DNA of 64,000 nt, from NCBI GenBank assembly GCA_050950505.1, contig JBMNHS010000001.1:928001-992000 (forward strand). Reading direction: 5' to 3'. Below the pieces are notes generated by a model. It had not been told where the DNA came from. It saw only the letters and a program-made list of their open reading frames with translations, and did no database searches. The translations under genes and the position numbers were made by a program. The DNA comes from Candidatus Methanomethylophilaceae archaeon (GTDB lineage: Archaea; Thermoplasmatota; Thermoplasmata; Methanomassiliicoccales; Methanomethylophilaceae). Shown here in pieces: positions 41,040-49,941 of the stretch (position 1 is its first letter; the number at the start of each line of letters is the position of its first letter).

Positions 41040-44000
41040 ATGGGGAACATCAAGGCATCTTTGTTTCTGGCTGTGGTGATACTGGTTGTTTTTACAGCAT
41101 TCGCATATGTTTTTACCGAAGTCGTTCCGGATGATTTTGATACCGAACAGGGTTTTTCGATATACTCTGATTCGCCGGTACCTTTGGGAAATCAGATTGA
41201 AGACATATTTGATTTTAAATACACCGATACTTCGGCAATTGTTTTAAAATACAAAGGACAGGATGAAATCGTATATGTTCCGAACATGATTGATGACAAA
41301 CCCGTTACCGGCATAGCCGACGGAGCGTTCATCAGCAACCCGACGGTAAAGGAGGTCCACCTGCCGGATTCCGTTACGGAGTTGGGGATATCGGTTTTTG
41401 AAAAATGCTCGTCTCTTGAAACGGTAACTTTGCCTTGCGGTATTAACAAGATAAGCGAAAAGACATTCTATGAATGTTCGTCCCTTAACAGTTTGGAGAT
41501 ACCGGATACCGTTCTTACCGTGGACAGACTTTCATTTTGCCGTTGTTCTTCTTTGACGCACATCACAATTCCTTACGGCGTGGTCGAATTAGGACAGGAT
41601 GCATTCAGCTATTCCGGTCTGATCACAATAGATTTGCCCGAAACGGTTTCAAAAATAGAAAAATACGCCTTTTATACCTGTTTGGATTTGAAAGAATTGA
41701 CCATCCCGGAAGGTGTCACCATGATAGGCGCAAAGACTTTCTGGCATTGCGAATCGATGGAACATATTTATCTCCCTGAAAGTCTCAAAACAATCGAAAT
41801 ATCAGCCTTCGTAAGCTGTTACTCTCTGAAAGAGCTCCATATTCCGTCAAACACCACGAATATCAGTATTTACGCCTTCGAATATTGCAATTCGCTGACG
41901 GAATTCACAGTGGGTGAAGGAAACAGCAAATACGAAAGCATCGACGGAGTTCTTTATGACAAGACCAGCAAAATGCTGTTCGCCTGCCCGGCTCTGAAGG
42001 AAGGTCACGTCACAATCGCTTACGGAACCAAGTCGATAAACGGTTTGGCATTCCACAATTGCATAAATTTGACGGATGTCACGATACCCGACACCGTCAC
42101 GAAGATAGGCGGCAGCGCGTTCAGTAGCTCTTCCCTTACATACATATGGATACCCAGCAGTGTCATCGATATAGTGGGAAGCACCTTCTCCGGTTGCCAT
42201 CAATTGACCGAGATAGAAGTCAGCAGGGACAATCCGGTTTACGGTTCGGTGGACGGTATACTGTACCGCGATAATATGGAAACACTGTTCATGGCTCCTC
42301 CCGGCAAAGGCGGGCATATAACAATACCGGACGGCGTGAAAACAATTTACGGCAACGCGTTCTATGTGAATTACGTCCTCACCGGAGTCACGTTCCCGGA
42401 TTCGCTGACCGCCATCAATTCAAGCGCTTTTTGGATGTGCCCGGCTTTGACGGATGTAATCATACCTGCAAACGTTACCGAAATAGGAAACTATGCCTTC
42501 AGTGAATGCAGTTCGTTGGAATACATAATTTTCCTCGGAAACGGCATGGAGCAAAGTTACGGCCCAATCCCTGTCGAAAAAACAATATACTATCTTGAAG
42601 GAAACACCGGTTTCGAATCTTGGAGAAACAGATACAAAATCCCCGTATCGCCTCCCGACAAAGTGACCGGCGTCTATTTTTACAACAATTCCTCCGAACT
42701 GAAATTCAGTTGGAATTATCCTGCCAACCATATCCGGGAGATAACCTCTTACACAATTTCGTACCGTGAAGCGGGTACGGACGATCCTTTCCGATATCTT
42801 GAAACTTACAGCAACATGGGCACCTCAATAGCGGGCCTGAAATCAGATACGGATTATGAACTGAGAATAGTTTCCGAAAACTTTGCAGGAACTTCCGAGA
42901 GCATTCTGTCCGGAAAAACCCTCAGGATTTATTCTGTGGATTTCAAAGCCAACGGAGGCAACGGAGTACCGCCGTCCGCAATATATGCCGACGAAGGCAC
43001 ATCTTTGACGCTTCCCGGTGCGGAAGATCTGCACATGACGGGACATTCCTTTATCGGTTGGTCATTATCGCCGTCAGGCCCTTCGCTGGAAAACAATATG
43101 ATTGTCGCGGATGACAACGTCACACTGTACGCGGTTTGGAAAACCGAAATGTACACTATTTATTTCGAGACCTCGGGCGGCGATCTCATCCCGCCGGTGC
43201 AGCAATATTACGGCACTTCCGTAGACGTTCCCGAAAATCCTTCCAGAGAAGGTCATACTTTTATCGACTGGGACGTCGCCGTTCCGGAAACCATGCCTGC
43301 CGAAAATTCCACTATATGCGCAATATGGGAGATCAACGGGTACAATATCGTGTGGATTGTGGATGATGTGAAACTCGATATCGATATTGATTACGGTTCA
43401 CGCATCAATATTCCGAGATTTAATGTCAAAGAAGGTCATGAATTCATCGGCTGGGACACAGAAATACCAGAAACCATGCCGGCCGAGGATTTGACGATAA
43501 AGGCAATCTGGTCCGTTAACACATACACATTGACCAGGATTGTCGACGGAGTTCAGTTTATCGATTATTATTCTTACGGATCTGAAATCGACACAATGGA
43601 AAATCCCGTTAAAGAAGGTCACACTTTCATCGGCTGGGACAAAAAAATACCGAAACATATGCCGGCAGAGAATCTCACAATAACCGCATCGTGGGAAATC
43701 AATCAATATGCAGTGATATTTATTCTTGGCAACGGTGAAAGCAATCTCGTAATATCCCGGGATTACGGCACAAATATACCCATTCCTGAAAATCCGAATC
43801 GGGAAGGTCATACATTCCTTGGTTGGAATATGCCGATACCGAGTACGATGCCGTCCGAAAATTTGGAAATATCGGCTGAGTGGAGCACTAACACATACCG
43901 TATTTTCTGGGTAATCGACGGTTTGGAAACCGAACAGGAATATTCATTCGGAACTTCCATATCTTCGGTTGAAAATCCGGTCAAAGAAGGTTATACCTTT

Positions 44001-45539
44001 GCAGGTTGGAATCCCGACGTACCGGAAACCATGCCCTCGGGAGATATCATTCTGCAAGCTCTTTGGAATTTGAATACATACAGAGTTTCATGGAATATCG
44101 GCGATACGGTGTTTGAGGTGAATGCCGAATACGGTTCACAGATACAGGTTCCAAAAATTATACAAAGAGAAGGTTGTGAGTTTATGGGATGGGATTCCCA
44201 GATTCCGGAAACCATGCCTGCTCACAATTTGGAAATAAGTGCATTGTGGCACACCTTCGAATATTCTGTAACTTGGATCGTCGATGATGCACGGATTGCG
44301 GAGACATACGAATTCGGAGACCGGATAATTCTTCCGGAACCTCCTGTCAAAGAAGGTTATTCCTTTATCGGCTGGGACGGTGATGTCCCGGGATCAATGC
44401 CTTCGAAAGATTTGGAAGTAACCGCATTGTGGAAAATCAATCAGTACACCGTTACTTTGATTTTAAACAACGGTGAAAATAACGTATCGATTGCTCGGGA
44501 CTATGGTGCAGAAATTCCAATTCCCGAAATCCCGGTCAAAGAAGGCCATGCCTTTGAAGGGTGGAGTGCGGAGATACCCGAAATTATGCCTGCCGAAGAC
44601 TTGACCGTATCGGCAACATGGTCCGTGAACAAGTATTCCGTCAGATGGATCGTTGACGGTATCGAATCCGTTGATGAATACGCATACGGTGAAGACATCC
44701 AAAAAAATCCCCCTGTGAAGAACGGGTACTGTTTCGATTGTTGGAGCGGAGACGTTCCCGCCGCAATGCCCTCTGAAAATCTTATGTTCGTCGCAATGTG
44801 GAATATTGAAAAATACATGCTGACTTTTGATTTGGGAAACAGCATCATGGAAATATCGGTGGATTTCGGAGCCGAAATTGATTTTGACGGAACGCCTGAA
44901 CGGCAGGGTCACGAATTCATAGGTTGGAGTTCCGAACTTCCCCTTGCGATGCCTGCGGAAAACATCACTGTTTCCGCCTTGTGGAATCCGAAGACGTATA
45001 CTGTTTACTGGGTGGTTGACGGCGAGGTTCTGGAATCTTCGGAAGTACAATACGGAAGTTTACCATCCAAACCCGTTGATGAGCCGGTCAAAGAATCCGA
45101 CGATATCCGGCATTATTCGTTCATCAGATGGTCTCCCGAACCCGATATCGTTGCATACGACACGGTGTATCATGCTGTGTTCAACGAAACGTCCCGCACG
45201 TATATTGTTGCCTATGATACAAACGGAGGTACCGGAGACACACCGCCCCCCGCGTCTCTGAATTACGGGACCGTGCTGCAACTCTCTCCCATCGACGGAT
45301 TGTACCGGGACGGCCATGTTCTCAAAGGTTGGAGCACAATGTCTTCCGGAAACGCGATGGAAAAATTGGAAGTAAAAGGCAACACGACTATTTACGCGGT
45401 TTGGGACACCGTTCCCAATCCTGAATCCGAAGATGAACCGATACCGTTGGTTATACCGGCGACCGTGGCAACTTCGGCAGTGGCTTTCTCAATGATCCTG
45501 ATATGGAGGAGAATGCGGCAATCGGGAAAGGTTGAGTGA
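41040..45539 (+). CDS. Large surface adhesin-like protein: BspA-type LRRs, FN3, about 13 Listeria/Bacteroides (InlB B) repeats, TM anchor
   Basis: IPxxVxxIxxxAFxxCxxL LRRs with DGVLY inserts; FN3 (SW..P, Y.I.Y, GLK.DT.Y); repeated EG.TF.GW..P.TMP..L...A.W units; C-terminal TM with basic tail. Confidence 0.92.
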   Translation: MGNIKASLFLAVVILVVFTAFAYVFTEVVPDDFDTEQGFSIYSDSPVPLGNQIEDIFDFKYTDTSAIVLKYKGQDEIVYVPNMIDDKPVTGIADGAFISNPTVKEVHLPDSVTELGISVFEKCSSLETVTLPCGINKISEKTFYECSSLNSLEIPDTVLTVDRLSFCRCSSLTHITIPYGVVELGQDAFSYSGLITIDLPETVSKIEKYAFYTCLDLKELTIPEGVTMIGAKTFWHCESMEHIYLPESLKTIEISAFVSCYSLKELHIPSNTTNISIYAFEYCNSLTEFTVGEGNSKYESIDGVLYDKTSKMLFACPALKEGHVTIAYGTKSINGLAFHNCINLTDVTIPDTVTKIGGSAFSSSSLTYIWIPSSVIDIVGSTFSGCHQLTEIEVSRDNPVYGSVDGILYRDNMETLFMAPPGKGGHITIPDGVKTIYGNAFYVNYVLTGVTFPDSLTAINSSAFWMCPALTDVIIPANVTEIGNYAFSECSSLEYIIFLGNGMEQSYGPIPVEKTIYYLEGNTGFESWRNRYKIPVSPPDKVTGVYFYNNSSELKFSWNYPANHIREITSYTISYREAGTDDPFRYLETYSNMGTSIAGLKSDTDYELRIVSENFAGTSESILSGKTLRIYSVDFKANGGNGVPPSAIYADEGTSLTLPGAEDLHMTGHSFIGWSLSPSGPSLENNMIVADDNVTLYAVWKTEMYTIYFETSGGDLIPPVQQYYGTSVDVPENPSREGHTFIDWDVAVPETMPAENSTICAIWEINGYNIVWIVDDVKLDIDIDYGSRINIPRFNVKEGHEFIGWDTEIPETMPAEDLTIKAIWSVNTYTLTRIVDGVQFIDYYSYGSEIDTMENPVKEGHTFIGWDKKIPKHMPAENLTITASWEINQYAVIFILGNGESNLVISRDYGTNIPIPENPNREGHTFLGWNMPIPSTMPSENLEISAEWSTNTYRIFWVIDGLETEQEYSFGTSISSVENPVKEGYTFAGWNPDVPETMPSGDIILQALWNLNTYRVSWNIGDTVFEVNAEYGSQIQVPKIIQREGCEFMGWDSQIPETMPAHNLEISALWHTFEYSVTWIVDDARIAETYEFGDRIILPEPPVKEGYSFIGWDGDVPGSMPSKDLEVTALWKINQYTVTLILNNGENNVSIARDYGAEIPIPEIPVKEGHAFEGWSAEIPEIMPAEDLTVSATWSVNKYSVRWIVDGIESVDEYAYGEDIQKNPPVKNGYCFDCWSGDVPAAMPSENLMFVAMWNIEKYMLTFDLGNSIMEISVDFGAEIDFDGTPERQGHEFIGWSSELPLAMPAENITVSALWNPKTYTVYWVVDGEVLESSEVQYGSLPSKPVDEPVKESDDIRHYSFIRWSPEPDIVAYDTVYHAVFNETSRTYIVAYDTNGGTGDTPPPASLNYGTVLQLSPIDGLYRDGHVLKGWSTMSSGNAMEKLEVKGNTTIYAVWDTVPNPESEDEPIPLVIPATVATSAVAFSMILIWRRMRQSGKVE

Positions 45540-45775
45540 TGCTTCTGAACAGATTTTTCAAAGTCAAGTGACATGTGTTTGTGAGGGTCACAAATAATAC
45601 AGATTGAAAAAAGATTCAGAACCGCGGTCCGCGGAGATATGCCCTGAATACGGTAAATCGTAAGTTTCCGATTCAGGGCGATTCTGAAACCTATCATCAA
45701 AAATGAGAATTGAACAATGGTTTTACAGAATTTGCTTAACAATGATTATTAACCCAAAACTGCTAAAATAAACAC

Positions 45776-47419
45776 ATGTCCGGCAGGATAAAAAGTCTGT
45801 TCGCAGGGTTTGCCGCAATCCTTTTGATAACGACCTTGGCAATCCTGATAGTCACTGTCGGCACGGGAACGGTTTACTCCGTTCAGGGCACGGAGCCGGA
45901 AAACGGCACCGTCGAAGGTTACGGGGAATACAAACCAGGTGCGTGGGTGGTATTGATTGCGATACCGGACGAAGGTTACGAGTTCGTGGAGTGGTACGAC
46001 GAATTGGAAAACCGATCCCTCGGCGGATATGACCGATATTCTTTGATTGTCAGAGGCGACGAAAAGATAACTGCAATTTTCAGATTGAAAGAATTCAATG
46101 TCAGAGTGAACACAACCGGTGAGGCTGAAATAACGGGGGCGGGAACGTATCATTCCGGCGACACGGTGACACTGTCCGCCACGCCGAAAGAAAACTACAC
46201 ATTTTCACACTGGGTGTACAAAGGGGACACCTTCGAAGAATCCGTATTCACATTTGTTGTCGAAGAGAATGCCGTGATCCGGTGTGTTCTCACGGGGGAT
46301 CCCTGCGATATAACGATTGTTCCCGGAAACCACATAGAGACGGCTCCAACTTCAGGGACGTATGAATACGGTTCCAAAATCGGATTGTACGCAACTGCGG
46401 AAGAAGGTTATGTCGTAGACATGTGGAAATCCGAGGAAAAGGTTCTGGGTTACGGATCCCGAATTACTTATGAGGTTCGCGGCGATGCGGAAATATACGT
46501 CTTCTCCGCGCTTTACCTGGATGCGGATTTCACAACGACCCAGACCGGGTACGGTGAACCGTATACGTTTACCTGCAAAAGTAATGATTCCGTAACGTAT
46601 TCCAATACATGGTCTGCCAAGGGAGAAGGTGTAAAAACTAAAACACTTTACGGGGAGTATTTGTATTCCATGAATTTGGATTGCACGTACGGCGAAGATT
46701 CCAAAGGCATATGGACTCTGGAAATTCGCTATCCGAACACTATTACGGTTGAGGATATGAGGTCGATTACAATCACTCACACCGTTCATTGCGAGGGTTA
46801 CGAAAAATCGGTTTCCAACACATATTCTGCATACGGATGGAAATATTCGAACGGCAATTATTCTCTGTTCTTGAAATTGAATCCTTCGGATTATGTCAGT
46901 GCAAAGAGTTTTTCGGACACTTGGAACAAAACATACAAGATGTATTTCAATCAAAGTAATCTATGGAACGGAATTGTGGTTCAAAACAGTACGATAAAAT
47001 CCGTTGCTGATTCTTTGGATACTATAACCACAGGAATGACCCGGACGCAGAAAGCGCAATGCATCCTGGATTTCGTAACGTATACCGTCAACTATACGAG
47101 CGATCAGAGCCTGTACGGTCAAAGCGAGTATTTCGCAACCGCTTACGGGACATTGTACCTGAGAAAAGGAGACTGCGAAGATTCATCGATTCTCTTTGTC
47201 TCCCTGGCCAGTTACTGTGGTTTTGAAACCTATCTCATTTCACCGCCGGGACATATGGCCGGAGGTGTCGTGCTTCCCGGCATGGGAGGCAATTTTAAAA
47301 CGAATCCGGGATTGTATTTCTGTGAAACGACTCTGAAAGGTGCAAAAGTAGGATACATTTCCCCGTCATACACAGGCGTATCATGTACGTTGGAGACTGT
47401 GTCCGTGTATCGGTGGTAA
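45776..47419 (+). CDS. Surface protein with divergent InlB B-repeats and C-terminal transglutaminase-like Cys protease domain
   Basis: Signal/TM, A.P.EGY.F..W repeats, TLYLRKGDCED (Cys), GHMA (His), CETT. Confidence 0.82.
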   Translation: MSGRIKSLFAGFAAILLITTLAILIVTVGTGTVYSVQGTEPENGTVEGYGEYKPGAWVVLIAIPDEGYEFVEWYDELENRSLGGYDRYSLIVRGDEKITAIFRLKEFNVRVNTTGEAEITGAGTYHSGDTVTLSATPKENYTFSHWVYKGDTFEESVFTFVVEENAVIRCVLTGDPCDITIVPGNHIETAPTSGTYEYGSKIGLYATAEEGYVVDMWKSEEKVLGYGSRITYEVRGDAEIYVFSALYLDADFTTTQTGYGEPYTFTCKSNDSVTYSNTWSAKGEGVKTKTLYGEYLYSMNLDCTYGEDSKGIWTLEIRYPNTITVEDMRSITITHTVHCEGYEKSVSNTYSAYGWKYSNGNYSLFLKLNPSDYVSAKSFSDTWNKTYKMYFNQSNLWNGIVVQNSTIKSVADSLDTITTGMTRTQKAQCILDFVTYTVNYTSDQSLYGQSEYFATAYGTLYLRKGDCEDSSILFVSLASYCGFETYLISPPGHMAGGVVLPGMGGNFKTNPGLYFCETTLKGAKVGYISPSYTGVSCTLETVSVYRW

Positions 47420-47446
47420 ACACAATAAACCCCGGAAGTGGTAAAA

Positions 47447-47523
47447 TGGAGCCGCTTGGGAGATTTGAACTCCCGACCTGCTGATTACAAGTCAGCCGCA
47501 CTACCGGGCTATGCAAAAGCGGC
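47447..47523 (-). tRNA. tRNA-Thr(TGT)
   Basis: GCCGCTT/AAGCGGC acceptor stem, GCTGA-CTTGTAA-TCAGC anticodon arm, GGGAG-TTCAAAT-CTCCC T arm, encoded CCA. Confidence 0.96.
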
Positions 47524-47672
47524 ACCAAGCCAGCAAATGTGTGACTTACTTTTATTACTTTCCATCGATTCGAATCAATAATACGGTCTTCCTGCGTAAA
47601 CCGATATATTTAATACGGGTTACGTATTCGCAAATCCGTTGCATATCCAACATTATCATTTGGTGATAGAAA

Positions 47673-48437
47673 ATGGCAGAAACCGACTCTAAACCTAAGG
47701 CGAAAACCGCCAAGAAAGAATCCGAAGAGAAGAAAACAATGGACATCCTCAGCCTGAGGTACTGTGCATATTTTGCCGAGGACATGACCCTTTACGATAC
47801 TACCGAAGAGGATAAGGCAAAAGAGGCAGGTCTGTATGACGAACAGTTCACTTACAAACCCATGGTGTACATCACAGGTTCCAACTCCCTTTTCCCCGCA
47901 CTTGCGCAGGCCATCGAAGAGGCAGAGCCCGGAAAACTTACCGAAGTGACCGTACCCTGCGATGAAGCCGCGGGCCCCAGAGATCCCAAGCTGATCGAAA
48001 CCTTCCGTGAAAAGGAATTCCACAAACAGGAACTCAATCCTTATCCGGGCATGAGGGTCACCCTCGGCGAACGCTCCGGTACCGTCATGAATGTCGCGGC
48101 CGGACGCATAAGGGTGGATTTCAACAGCCTACTCGCAGGTCACGATCTTGTCTACAAGTTCACCGTTTCCGAGCCCGTCAAAGATTCCGTCGAGAAGGCA
48201 AAAGCAATCTTCGAGAACGATTTCGGAACTTCCGAAGGTTTCGAATTCGACATAACCGAAGACAAGGTCGCAGTCACCGTTTCCGATCTTGCCAAGTTCA
48301 ACCAGAACTGGGTTATGGCCAGATTCAAGATTGTTGGAGATCTCAGAGCCGTCTTTAACGTAGACAGAATCGAGTTCATCGAAGTCTGGGCCTCCGGTAA
48401 GAAAAAGGAAGCCGACGAAGAGAAGGACGAAGAGTGA
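47673..48437 (+). CDS. Long-type FKBP peptidyl-prolyl isomerase (SlyD-like)
   Basis: YDTT.E..AKEAG, EAAG.RDP, VDFN..LAG..L.Y, archaeal C-terminal domain. Confidence 0.9.
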   Translation: MAETDSKPKAKTAKKESEEKKTMDILSLRYCAYFAEDMTLYDTTEEDKAKEAGLYDEQFTYKPMVYITGSNSLFPALAQAIEEAEPGKLTEVTVPCDEAAGPRDPKLIETFREKEFHKQELNPYPGMRVTLGERSGTVMNVAAGRIRVDFNSLLAGHDLVYKFTVSEPVKDSVEKAKAIFENDFGTSEGFEFDITEDKVAVTVSDLAKFNQNWVMARFKIVGDLRAVFNVDRIEFIEVWASGKKKEADEEKDEE

Positions 48438-48568
48438 TTTCACTCTTCCCAAAACATCTTAAACAAATTCCTTAAATTTTCTCTGATACCGTATAATTGA
48501 TTCTCAATGTTCTTTTGCGTCCAGTGTAGAAAGATATTTAAAATGGGTTCTTATCTGTGAAAAGTACA

Positions 48569-48646
48569 GGACGGGTGGCCTAGTCAGGATATGGCAGCAG
48601 CCTCCTAAGCTGCAGGCCGAGGGTTCGAATCCCTCCCCGTTCGCCA
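48569..48646 (+). tRNA. tRNA-Arg(CCT)
   Basis: GGACGGG/CCCGTTC acceptor stem, GCAGC-CTCCTAA-GCTGC anticodon arm, GAGGG-TTCGAAT-CCCTC T arm, encoded CCA. Confidence 0.96.
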
Positions 48647-48675
48647 TTCACAACCCGGAACGTACCCGTTTCGGA

Positions 48676-49941
48676 TTATTCTTTGCCGAATATTTCATCC
48701 AACAGATACATTGTGCCTGATATGCCGTAAATGGGACGCGGCAGAAATCCGATTTTTGCAAGGCTCGGATACCCTATGTCCACTCCTTTGTAACAACGGT
48801 CGGACAGTTCCAGCATCTCTGCCGTATGTCCGTCCGCGAATACAAAATCAATCTTTTCGGGCAGCGGATCCGAACGCCAGGCGTTCTCGGCACCTATGTC
48901 CCTGAGAAAACTTCGGATTTTTGCGGCGGTGTCTTCATCGGTGCCGGGATTGGGCGTCAGTGACGCGGGAGCCATTCCAAGATATCCGAACAGCCATTTT
49001 GTCAGCGGAAGAAGCACCGATCCGTCCGCCGTTGCGGCGAAATCGTTGCCTTTGACTTTGTTCGTGTACAGGGTGCCTTTTATACGTTTGAAGACCCGGA
49101 CTTTGCGGTCGTTGATGAGGTTTTTCACTCTGTCGGCATTTCTGCCGGTTTTCGAGGCGACGGTTTCAATCCATCCTTCGGTGGCATCGAATCCCACGGG
49201 GGAGCCTCCATCGAACCGTATCGAAGGTATTCCGTATTTTTCCTCGTAATATTCTGCGGTTCTTGCGCAGTATTCGTTGCTGACAATCACATTGTATTCC
49301 GCTGAAACGGATTTTTCTATGTCCTCGCGTCCGCAACCCGCCCCGGGGGACGATACGACTTCCAACCCCGTCATTTCCAACAGATTCTTCAAATCTTCAA
49401 ACGCACTTTCCCAATCGTTGCTGGTTATCGGAAGACCCAGTATATTCACTGTTCCCGGAATGGTATCTTTCTTTTTGGGATCCATCCATTGAATCATTCT
49501 CCGTACGGTATGATCGTATCCCGAGGAAAACGGTTCGGAAATCAAAGACTCTTCAACTGCCATGGCCTTATCGGAACATCCCGCGAGCTCAATGGCATCG
49601 GTTATGTTGTCTCCGATGAGCGCGGCTCCCGGTGATTTGATGAACACGTTGAAAACATCATCATCCGCGCACAGGATGGGAAGGCATTCCTCTATCTTGT
49701 CAATGGAACCGTGAATGTAATCGTCCTCGTCCATGTAGGTGCAAGGTATTCTCGGCTGGCCGAAGAAAAAAGGAAGGGAATATTTCTCGTAATCTCCCGG
49801 TCCGGCTTTTGAATAATATTTGGAAGCCGAGAAAGAATGGTATCCTCTGCAGCCGCCGGGACCATGGAGCACTGCCCTGCCGTCCCTGAAACTTTCCACG
49901 GCCATGATTGCTCCGGTGAAACCGTCGGGAAGTACCGTCAT
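48676..49941 (-). CDS. Nitrogenase component 1-like subunit (second chain)
   Basis: PDGFTGA, LHGPGGC, T.MDE.DYIHG, LIGD, VNILG, PVGFDAT; ATGA overlap with the upstream fusion gene. Confidence 0.85.
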   Translation of the reverse strand: MTVLPDGFTGAIMAVESFRDGRAVLHGPGGCRGYHSFSASKYYSKAGPGDYEKYSLPFFFGQPRIPCTYMDEDDYIHGSIDKIEECLPILCADDDVFNVFIKSPGAALIGDNITDAIELAGCSDKAMAVEESLISEPFSSGYDHTVRRMIQWMDPKKKDTIPGTVNILGLPITSNDWESAFEDLKNLLEMTGLEVVSSPGAGCGREDIEKSVSAEYNVIVSNEYCARTAEYYEEKYGIPSIRFDGGSPVGFDATEGWIETVASKTGRNADRVKNLINDRKVRVFKRIKGTLYTNKVKGNDFAATADGSVLLPLTKWLFGYLGMAPASLTPNPGTDEDTAAKIRSFLRDIGAENAWRSDPLPEKIDFVFADGHTAEMLELSDRCYKGVDIGYPSLAKIGFLPRPIYGISGTMYLLDEIFGKE

